In this document: positions 26,801 to 35,658 of the stretch, in pieces | Layout: every line of letters begins with the position of its first letter | Numbering within the stretch: position 1 is the first letter of the stretch | Made by a program: the position numbers and the translations under genes | Notes under the pieces: generated by a model | The model's input: the letters and a program-made list of their open reading frames with translations, nothing else | Told to the model about the DNA's origin: nothing | Database searches by the model: none | Assembly (NCBI GenBank): GCA_002269645.1 | Contig: NIVC01002362.1 | Coordinates: 62,001 to 126,000, forward strand | Direction: 5' to 3' | DNA length: 64,000 bases | Source of the DNA: Macrostomum lignano | Taxonomy: Eukaryota

Positions 26801-29800
26801 GAAGCTGCGGAGTTCTCGCCGGGACACTGGATGGTCGGCCTGGCCAGGGAGGCCGCCCAGCTGGCCAGATTCGCCACCCTCGCCGATTTCGCCATCGACC
26901 ACCTGGCCAGGCGCGTCAAGTCCAGCCTGCTGGACCTGCTGCGGCTCCTTCGCGATGCCCGCGCCTTCGACTGCGACGCTTTGGAACCGCGCACGCTAGA
27001 CTGCCTGGTGCGCGGCCTCGGCCACCTGGTGCAGTCGCGGCGGCTCCGCGTCGACCTCGGCGACATCGGCGTCGGCGGCAGCGGCGGTCCGCTTCGGTTC
27101 CCGCTGTCCGGCTTCGTGTTCGCTGATCTGAAGGCCGCGGCTTCAGCAGCTGCCAGCCCTGCCGGAGCTGCGGCTGTCGCTGGCGACGATGACGAAGATG
27201 CCGAAGAGCCGCAGGAGGCCGCGGCTGAGGCGGCCTGCGCGGCGCTGAAGCCGTGGCTGTCGGTGCTCGGACTGGCCGACGAAGACCAGCCGCCGGAGTC
27301 TGAAGCTGCCGACTTGCTAGCTAGAGATCTCATCGCCATGGCAACGGAGTCCGCCTGCGGCACCGACCTGTCGGAGCAGTTCAACAGCATCTTGACGGCA
27401 ATGACGCCGCTTGCCGCAGTCGCCGATGCCGGCACCCGCTGGGCTCCCGTGGTGTCGGCAATCGCCCTGGCTGTTCCCATGGCAACCGCCCTGCGTCTCT
27501 GGGCGATTCTGACGTCGGTCTCGCCGAAACTTTGCCCAGCAGACCTGCTCGACGGTGACGATGAGGACGGGCCGACCGAGCGTGGCGAGCTGGCGGAACG
27601 TCTGACTGGCTGCCTGCTGCCGAGCAGCGAGAACCTGCAGAAACTCGGCCTGGCCGACTCGCTGGCCGACTGGGACCGTCTGGCCGCCAGGGCTCTGCTT
27701 GTGCTTGCGGACTCGGAGTGCGCCCAGCTGGTGAGTGGACTGGATATTGTGCTCCGGGTGTTAGCTCTCAGGTGGGGAGCCCACACTACATGTATGTGCC
27801 ATGGGGTAAAAGTGTTTTAAGCTTTGGTGCTGTCAGTCTCGACCCTAGATATCGATCCCGACCCTAGATATCGATCCCGACCCTAGATATCGATCCCGAC
27901 ACTAGATATCGATCCCGACCCTAGATAACGATTCCGACCGTGGATATCGATCCCGACCCTAGATATCGATCCCGACCCTAGATAACGATTCCGACCGTGG
28001 ATATCGATCCCGACCCTAGATATAGATCCCGACCCTAGATATCGATTCCGACCGTGGATATCGATCCCGACCCTAGATATAGATCCTGACCCTAGATATC
28101 GATCCCGACTCTGGATATCGATCCCGACCCTGGATATCGATCTCGACCCTGGATATCGATCCCGACCCTGCATATCGATCTCGACCCTGGATATTGTCTT
28201 AACCCTAGACACCGGAGATCTGTGTGAATCTGAATGTAAAAATTCAATTCTAAAGATCTGAGACCCAGTATTCTGACCCGATCTTACCTATCTGACCAGT
28301 TGTGGCCTGGGATTGGTTGTTCGAAAAGCAAAACTAGGGCTTATATAGCTTGTCTTCTCCCACCCCCTGCCGCCCTCAGCCAATCACAGAGCAGCTCAGC
28401 ATGTGCCGCCTGTTCGCTGCCACGGTGGCTCTCCCCTGCAGCTTGCCGGCTGTCTGTCTGCACCGGGTCCAGAGCTTTCTATCAGAGCACACGGGCAACA
28501 CCGACTCTTTGTTCAGCGAGTCCGGAGTAGCCAGAATTGAGCAGCTTCTAATGGAGTCTCTGCCTGATCTGCAGGGTCTCCCGGTGCCCGAAGACCAGCT
28601 GGAACAGCAGCTGCAGTCGCTGTGGAGCCTCTACCTGCAGCAGGCTATCGAACGTGGCGCACTGACAATCGAGCTGGCGAAAGCTTTCCTGTTGAAACTG
28701 ACCGAAAAGCAGCTGCCAATCGGCTGCTTCTCGTTGCTATGGCGAGCCGTCCATAGCAACAACGGTCGCGGCGACAATGCAGCCGACGAAGACGCGTCCT
28801 GCTCGGCCGTCACCGCCTGGGTTGACGAGCAGTTGCGAATGCCGGCTGGTCGGGACCTGGCCCAGCTGGTGGCCGCGCACATTCCCGAGACCCTGCTGGC
28901 TGGCCTGCCACCGCTAGCAGCGCTGAACAGCATCGCCTGCGCGCAGACCCCGAGCCTGACAGACCTGCTCCGTCTGCACCGCTTCAAACTGACCGCCTCT
29001 CGGTCATACGTTCTCACCGAGAATCGACTCGAACTCAACGATGAAGGACAGAGGCTGGCTGATCAGCTACGAAGCGACCTAGGCAGCGGTTTCCGACCGG
29101 GCCATCCTTTGGTTGTCGCCTTCGCTCAGGCCGGCCTACGGCTGGCACCGCTGATGGACGTCCTGAGGTGCCTGACCTCTGCCGGCCTGCCGCTGAAGGC
29201 CACCGACAGCTCCTGGCAGCCGCTGCCTTTCCTGCCGCTGCCTGACTCAGCCGACTCCTCAGAGACAGTCCACGCCGCCGTGTGCTCGGCTTTGAACGAC
29301 CTCCTTCAAGCTCCTGACAGTCCCGAAGCTTTGAAACGACTGCTCAACTGTTCGAGCTCGTCCGTCAATGCCATAATTGCCGCCTGGATTGAGCTGGTGT
29401 TCTTGAGAAAACTGGACCGACAGCCGGTTGCGTCAGAAGAGCAGCGAGTTGGCAGTCTGCTGTACAGTCGGCTTGTTGACTTGTTGATTGATGAAGAATC
29501 GAACCCAGCAGCCTCCGTGGAGTCCGATCGCATCATGCTGGACTGGCTGCTGCTGGGAAGTCGCCTGGTTGAAGATGAGCCCAGGCTAGAGGCGACACCG
29601 GACAACGGAGCCGACTGGCTCGGCCGCTCCATGGTTGCCGCGGTGTCGGCTGGAGCAGCTCAACTGCTGGGCTGCCAAAGACGCTTCGGCAGCGCCGCCA
29701 CCTTGGCCGCCGGCGGCAAAGTCGGCGAATTTGCTAAACAGTTGAAGCTGCTGCTGGACGCCAGGCTGCCGCTGACTTCGGGAGTTCATCCGCTCCGCTG

Positions 29801-32800
29801 CGCCCGCTGTCTGGCCGTCACGGTTGTCGCCGTCAAGAATGCCTCCTCGTTCTCTTCCTCCAGCAGCCGCTGCCCGCTCTGCGGCTCTTCCGGTCCGCTT
29901 GAAGTCGTCATGATGCCGTCGGATTTGGCGACCGACTGCCCGCGACTGCCGACTTCGCTACTCCGCTGGGCCGCGAGCGCCTCATCCGTGCTGCTCTGCC
30001 TGAGCTCCGGAAGCGTCTCGGCCGCCGTCGACCTGTGCGCCGAGCTCGGACACCCCGGCCGAGTCTCCGAGTTCATTGGCAAGGCCTTCTCGGAGATGCG
30101 CGCAGCGCTGGCCATGGACTGGGACGATCCGGCTTGGATCTGCCAGCAGCTGGTTGGCGACTTGGCGCACCAGTTCGCCTCGCAGCCGTGCCCCCAGTTT
30201 GTTGGCTCGCTGCTCCACTCGGCCGCTCTGCTGCTGCTCTGTCGTCGAGCGCGCGTCGCCAAGTTCAAAGCCGATCGGCTGGCTGAGCGAGGCTTGACGG
30301 CTGCTCAGGCCGGCGATCCTCGCGTTCTGGCCGCTCAACTCGACGCCGCCCTGCCGCCTGAGCAGCCGTCGGTGCCGGAGAAACTGCTGCGGCCTGCTGT
30401 TGAAGTGGACTGGTCGACCGCCTGTCACGTCCGCACCCTGTGGCTGGGCCGCCAGCTGAGCCCGGCAACCAGTTCCTCAGCGGCCGGCAGGCTGGATCTC
30501 ACACTAGCGGTGCTGGCGCATCAAGACGCGCTGATTAAAATGGCGCACCTCAGCAAAGTGCTGGATTGGCACAGGAGGTGCGTGTCAGTGCTTGACGGCC
30601 AGGTGAGCAGAGCCGGCTGGGAGCGGCTCACCGTTGCCGAGGTGATTAAGCAAGATGAAGCAGCGGCTGCGCTGTGGCCAGCTGCTCAAACTGGTCTGCG
30701 CCAACTCGGAATGCCTGACTGCGCATCAGCTGACAGCCACCTGCGTGAGACTGTGCTCACCGAGGGCTCAAAACTAGCTGACTTGGCTACTCAACTCTGC
30801 CCACTGGCGAACAGCTTCCTACTGGCTGCCTCTGCTGTGGCTCTGCAGGGCGGCGGACTCGGCCACCTGCTCACCGGCCAGTGCTCAGTCACCCTGCCTG
30901 CCCGGTCGGTCACCGCTGCCAGATGCGGCTTGGTCAGCCTCGAGCAGGCCGAGCTGGACCGGCTGGCTGCTCAGTTCTCCGGTCCGAGCGATCCGCGGCT
31001 GTCTGAGGCCAGCGAACACCTGGACTGGGCTCTGCTTGACGCGGCCCTGGGTCACCTGCTCACAGTCGGTCGCAGCTGGGCCCTGCCGCCAGCCAGCTGG
31101 AGGCCGCGGTTCAGCGACCACCAGCAGCGACAGCCGGTGGAGCTCATGACCCGATTCAGACATCGGGCTGGCGAGGGCATCGAAGTGCTGAGCACAGCTG
31201 AAGTGGCCAGGCTGAAAGAGCTGCACGAGCAGGATCACACCTATGCCAGGTGCGAATCCTGAGTTTTTGAATCTGACAATTCACATCCCTGATGCCGTAG
31301 TGATCCTGCCGTAGTCACCTGTGCCAGCGGCCCAGGCTCGATTCCAAGTGCAGTCGCATTCATTTGAGGCTAAACTGGAATCTCGGCTTGGCTCTGCAAC
31401 CCACAAGGCACAGTGAAGTGTACATGCCTAGGGATAAATAAAGTTAGGGCCGCTGCCTGTGCGTATGACTGCGTACGTATCCGCGCGCTTGTGTGCCTGC
31501 TCAGGGGAGTCGGTGGAATGGGCAGTAATGCCTCTCGCCGGTTGTGTGACAATGTCACTTAAAGTGCGCCAGGGTGCACAAAACCCCTGCCTCTTAAAAT
31601 AGGATTTTAAAGTGTCGTGGACCAATGCTAAGAAACCTAAAAATGGCCCTTTAGAAACCCAATTACGGGCCCTAGAAGGCATATAAGCTCCTAAAAGACC
31701 TACTTTGAATCACTTAAATAACCAGAGACCTAACCTCGAACCCCCACAACCACTCCAAGTGACCTATATAACTGTCTCAGACAGACCAAAAATTTGAATC
31801 CTCTTAAATGATGAAGCTTCAAGCCAGCTTCCCCAACCAACCGCCATCAATGCAGGAAGCTGACAGACTGCTCAATCAGCATCCTTCGCTACCTGAGCGA
31901 TCAGAATTGGCCAGAAGCTGTCCTTCAACGATCCATTCGTGAGTTCTCCAACGACTGTCAGAGTGGCAGCCCGTTGATGAGCTCCTCTGCGTCGTTGTCA
32001 TGGCAACTGCCCGAGGCTCTGCCGGAGCCGGACGCGGGCGGTCTCACTGTTGCCAAGCTGCTCAGCCTGACTCAGCAGGCCCTGTGTCTGCAGTTCCAGC
32101 AGGTCAGGCACGAGCTCGCCAGGAGGCCCTACAGAACCGCCATCAATGCTGACGTGCTGGACGGCCTGGTGCACCAATTCGGAGCTCCGCAGGCTCTGAG
32201 ACCTGCGCTGGCTGCCTGCCAGAGCGCCTGCGTGTTGCACCTGCTGGAGGAGCAGCACGATACCGGTCTGAGGCTGCGCGAACTGATGCAGCCTTCGGGA
32301 GTCTGGCCAGAGACTGGCCTGACTGTCCGGGCCCAGCTGCTTGAGTCTGTGCCCGATGAAGCCACCGTTATGTACCTGTTTCCCCTGTGCGAGCGGCTCC
32401 TTCAGCTGGTGAGTTGATCTTAGTGCGAATGTTTAATCCAGGCTGTTTGTGTTTATGACGATGAGAGAAGAGGTGAGAGGCGAGAGAGAAGATAAGAGGA
32501 TAGATCAGATTAGATATGAAAGGAGAGAGAGAAGAGAGCTAAGAAGAGACACAAACCTTGCGCTGGCCGAGTTGCTGTTGTGAAGTTTCGGAGGCCCCGA
32601 GGGTCGGAGAAACACAGTCATGCGCGCAGGCTCACACTCACACAGGAGTTTACAGCCGCCCTAACTTTATGTACACTTCATGTTGCATTGCACGAGCAGA
32701 GCCAAGCCGAGATTCCAATTTAGCCTCAGATCAATGTGACTGCACTTGGAATCGAGCCCGGGCCGCTGGCACATCAGAGCCTGCGCTTGACCCACTCATC

Positions 32801-32916
32801 TCATCACTCATCCCATCTTTTATCTTCATCTAAACTTTCAGGATGAAGAAAAGATTGATTCAGCAGAGAAGCTGCAGCGAATGTTGAAGGCCGACAGCAG
32901 CAGGTTGTCAGAGTGA
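8825..32916 (+). CDS. RNF213: RNF213 (mysterin)-like giant AAA+ ATPase / E3-like protein, 5'-incomplete, about 4,600 aa. Inferred exons: 8825-9176, 9338-9509, 10135-12068, 12170-13832, 13914-14477, 15144-16724, 17377-18155 (contains a frameshift), 18336-18685, 19540-20098, 20702-21228, 23441-23866, 24551-24932, 26648-27730, 28380-31249, 31856-32408, 32842-32916 (TGA)
   Basis: Collinear motifs match RNF213 as recalled: PLPSEILFCSADTAEEEISLLLQR, SERAGCGKT, YAITADNFLKMVLISLRIDCDVPVLIIGETGCGKT, FLDEINT, AASNPYR, LVYRVNPLPESILDLVWDFG, ISLRDVRRC, AALLENVF..VFLVGKPGCSKS, VLLDEIGLAEKSRHNPLKVLHSLLE, LYGSLYDMLNQNY, FLNRFEKQ, FCGYH..FPDAVLRL. All 15 inferred introns are GT-AG and phases join in frame. 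The first exon found starts in phase 1, so at least one upstream exon is missing. Confidence 0.92.
9357..9471 (+). repeat. Coding 27-bp tandem repeat (NQPVQTGTP x about 4) in exon 2 of the RNF213-like gene
   Basis: aatcagccagtccagacagggactcca repeated, in frame between the splice sites at 9337/9338 and 9509/9510. Confidence 0.8.
15144..23866 (+). CDS. RNF213: Multi-AAA+ motor region of the RNF213-like protein (exons 6-11)
   Basis: Walker A motifs RAGCGKT, GETGCGKT and GKPGCSKS; Walker B motifs WLFLDE and VVLLDE; same order as the RNF213 AAA ring. Confidence 0.93.
16905..17210 (+). repeat. (GA)-rich polypurine microsatellite-like tract in an intron
   Basis: About 300 nt of almost only G and A. 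Confidence 0.95.
17240..17345 (-). mobile_element. hAT-like non-autonomous DNA transposon terminus
   Basis: The reverse complement begins caggggtcggcgaaccccggcccgtgggccacatgcgacccgcg, typical of hAT MITE ends. The internal part (ttgagcgggcc..gctatt..tttcaaaggacc.gaggg) recurs at about 52210-52280. Confidence 0.5.
18736..19048 (+). mobile_element. tRNA-derived SINE, family B
   Basis: 5' ggggcgtagcttagcgg; body ggaatctcggcttgg...ctcaggggagtcggcggaa...aagtgcgccagggtgcacac; A-rich tail. Four copies in the window. Confidence 0.8.
19140..19445 (+). repeat. Degenerate tandem repeat (tagtatt.catccgggatgctt..tcagtga core) in an intron
   Basis: Several diverged recurrences of the catccgg(g)atg and atcagtgat motifs. 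Confidence 0.6.
20251..20579. mobile_element. MITE-like inverted repeat element in an intron
   Basis: 20251-20291 (ttcggtcccggtttctctacgccaatcccttcatttgaagc) is the near-perfect reverse complement of 20538-20579. Confidence 0.65.
21882..22123. mobile_element. MITE with about 55-bp terminal inverted repeats, flanked by TA
   Basis: TA|tactcagcaacagctaaacccc..aactcacgctgtcaca ... tgtgacagcgtgagttgggg..tttagctgttgctgagta|TA. Confidence 0.75.
22835..23310. repeat. Minisatellite, 53-bp unit, about 9 copies (a single related unit at about 21335-21395)
   Basis: cctagagacagcatagcaacaatgattccacagtttatgttaactggttttgg repeated. Confidence 0.95.
23945..24520. repeat. Minisatellite, 23-bp unit, about 25 copies
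   Basis: aaaatcgccctctgaccatctag repeated; fills intron 23867-24550. Confidence 0.95.
24960..26600. repeat. Minisatellite, 21-bp unit, about 78 copies
   Basis: gtcactttcctagcaatgtgt repeated; fills intron 24933-26647. Confidence 0.97.
27835..28195. repeat. Minisatellite, 19-bp unit
   Basis: gaccctagatatcgatccc repeated; intron 27731-28379. Confidence 0.95.
31308..31598 (+). mobile_element. SINE family B copy
   Basis: ccaggctcgattccaagtgcagtc...ggaatctcggcttggctctgc...aagtgcgccagggtgcaca; matches the other copies. Confidence 0.8.
32612..32792 (-). mobile_element. SINE family B partial copy (5' half)
   Basis: Reverse complement of the 5' part of the 31308 and 52530 copies. Confidence 0.75.
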
Positions 32917-33149
32917 CGGCTTTGTCAAATTTCACTACTAAGTTTGCTTAAACTCGTTGACCGTTTCCTCCACCTGCCGGAGCTATTAACTTTTTTCTTT
33001 GTCATTCGTGCGTCGATTTGCAAAAAAAAATTAACAATGAAAATTATATTCGCCATAAAAATTAAAAACATTTTTAACAATAGAAAATCTACATTGCTAA
33101 CGATCAACAAATTGTAACAAATTCTATTAGAAATTTTATACTGCAACCA

Positions 33150-34123
33150 AGTGTCTGTAATGACAGTCAGGTCCCCCACAACCAGTGTCTGTAATGACAG
33201 TCAGGTCCCACACAACCAGTGTCTGTAATGACAGTCAGGTCCCCCACAACCAGTGTCTCAGTGTCTGTAATGACAGTCAGGTCCCCCACAACCAGTGTCT
33301 GTAATGACAGTCAGGTCCCTCACAACCAGTGTCTGTAATGACAGTCAGGTCCCCCACAACCAGTGTCTGTAATGACAGTCAGGTCCCCCACAACCAGTGT
33401 CTGTAATGACAGTCAGGTCCCCCACAACCAGTGTCTGTAATGACAGTCAGGTCCCCCACAACCAGTGTTTGTAATGACAGTCAGGTCCCCCACAACCAGT
33501 GTTTGTAATGACAGTCAGGTCCCCCACAACCAGTGTCTGTAATGACAGTCAGGTCCCCCACAACCAGTGTCTGTAATGACAGTCAGGTCCCCCACAACCA
33601 GTGTTTGTAATGACAGTCAGGTCCCCCACAACCAGTGTTTGTAATGACAGTCAGGTCCCCCACAACCAGTGTCTGTAATGACAGTCAGGTCCCCCGCAAC
33701 CAGTGTCTGTAATGACAGTCAGGTCCCCCACAACCAGTGTCTGTAATGACAGTCAGGTCCCCCACAACCAGTGTCTGTAATGACAGTCAGGTCACCCACA
33801 ACCAGTGTCTGTAATGACAGTCAGGTCCCCCACAACCAGTGTCTGTAATGACAGTCAGGTCCCCCACAACCAGTGTCTGTAATGACAGTCAGGTCCCCCA
33901 CAACCAGTGTCTGTAATGACAGTCAGGTCCCCCACAACCAGTGTCTGTAATGACAGTCAGGTCCCCCACAACCAGTGTCTGTAATGACAGTCAGGTCACC
34001 CACAACCAGTGTCTGTAATGACAGTCAGGTCCCCCACAACCAGTGTCTGTAATGACAGTCAGGTCCCCCACAACCAGTGTCTGTAATGACAGTCAGGTCC
34101 CCCACAACCAGTGTTTGTAATGA
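33150..34123. repeat. Minisatellite, 34-bp unit, about 28 copies
   Basis: accagtgtctgtaatgacagtcaggtcccccaca repeated, with very high unit identity. Confidence 0.97.
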
Positions 34124-34360
34124 GTTCAAGTCACTGCTGTCTCAAAATCTGTCATAAAAATTAATTTTGCGCAATGTGTCACAATTTTTAATCCAAATGT
34201 TTATCCGAAAATTTTTTTCTTATATTTATACATTTCAAACTAAGCTTTCGTTCTTGCTGTCTAAAGATAAGATAAAACCTTAAGAGCTTCAGAATTTCAA
34301 TTTTTAATTACCTAGTTTAATGAAAGCTTTAAGCTTCATGCAGTTTCTTTTGGGTTCCAG

Positions 34361-34995
34361 GTAGCTCTGTGAGTTCCATGTAGCTCTGTGAGTTCCATGT
34401 AGCTCTGTGAGTTCCATGTAGCTCTGTGAGTTCCATGTAGCTCTGTGAGTTCCATGCAGCTCTGTGAGTTCCATGTAGCTCTGTGAGTTCCATGTAGCCC
34501 TGTGAGTTCCATGTAGCTCTGTGAGTTCCATGTAGCTCTGTGAGTTCCATGTAGCTCTGTGAGTTCCATGCAGCTCTGTGAGTTCCATGTAGCTCTGTGA
34601 GTTCCCCAATGTAGCTCTGTGAATTCCATGTAGCTCTGTGCGTTCCATATAGCTCTGTGATTTCCATGTAGCTCTGTGAGTTCCATGTAGCTCTGTGAGT
34701 TCCATGTAGCTCTGTGAGTTCCATGTAGCTCTGTGAGTTCCATGTAGCTCTGTGAGTTCCATGTAGCCCTGTGAGTTCCATGTAGCTCTGTGCGTTCCAT
34801 ATAGCTCTGTGATTTCCATGTAGCTCTGTGAGTTCCATGTAGCTCTGTGAGTTCCATGTAGCTCTGTGAGTTCCATGTAGCTCTGTGAGTTCCATGTAGC
34901 TCTGTGAGTTCCCCAATGTAGCTCTGTGAGTTCCATGTAGCTCTGTGATTTCCATGTAGCTCTGTGAGTTCCCCCATGTAGCTCTGTGAGTTCCA
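34361..34995. repeat. Minisatellite, 19-bp unit (partial duplicate at 39795-40316)
   Basis: tagctctgtgagttccatg repeated. Confidence 0.97.
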
Positions 34996-35229
34996 ATTCT
35001 CTTTTTTAGCTCCAAGTCTTTTTGAGTTTCATTAGCCTTGAGACTTAAGGTGACTACATGAGTTTGAGTTCATTCATGGTGGCTTTTTGAGATCCAGGTA
35101 GCTTTTGAGACCCAATTCTCGCGACTGATATCATACACTGTTAACTCATCCTGCTTAGGTTTTGAGCTGCGTTCAACGGGTGCATAACAAGCACATTAAT
35201 ACTCTCTGCCCAGTTACCTAATACGCCAT

Positions 35230-35600
35230 CCCAGCCAATCAGCGCCCGAGAATCTCCCATAGCCTGCTGCCGATCGCAAGTCATTGCTCTCCTGTTTTCT
35301 TGGCTTTACCCTTAGCAACAATGCTCATACAAGCCGCTCCGAGAGCCCAATTAGGAGGCACAGCAGCGCCCGTGGCTACCTACCTTTCTCCTGTCGCGCT
35401 CCCAGCTTTCCAAGGCTCGACTCTCCGCGGGAGGCTTGGGGCGACAACGCAGAGAAAGAGCGGACGAGAGAGAGAGAGAGAGTGAGAGGCAGGCAGACAG
35501 CAGTTCAACGCAAGGTGTTGTCTCGAGCTTAACAGGCACCGGAGCGAAGAACAGAGAAGGGGCTGTCCCAGCCCGTTAAAAAATTTCCGAATATATAGGA
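35230..35600 (+). promoter_or_regulatory. Possible GPCR promoter: CCAAT box (about 35235), (GA)n tract, TATA-like atatata at 35591
   Basis: Motifs lie 60-430 nt upstream of the ATG at 35659. Motif-only evidence. Confidence 0.3.
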
Positions 35601-35658
35601 GGGCCGGGAGTTCCGCCATTCGCTTCGCTCCCGTTTCTCGCCTGAGCCCTGCATCGCC

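Noticed and set aside
26590-30468. Long antisense ORFs opposite the GC-rich exons (for example 26590-27786; similarly 37701-38438)
   Set aside because: These are shadow ORFs caused by high GC and codon bias of the sense gene, and have no recognisable motifs.
33150-34123. 34-bp highly regular repeat resembling a CRISPR array (also the 53-bp, 30-bp and 25-bp arrays)
   Set aside because: Units are head-to-tail with no unique spacers, there are no cas genes, and the context is eukaryotic.
34304-35015. MELTELHGTHRATWNSQSY repeat ORFs (also 39475-40336, 45506-46936 and 47593-48360)
   Set aside because: These are translations of minisatellites.
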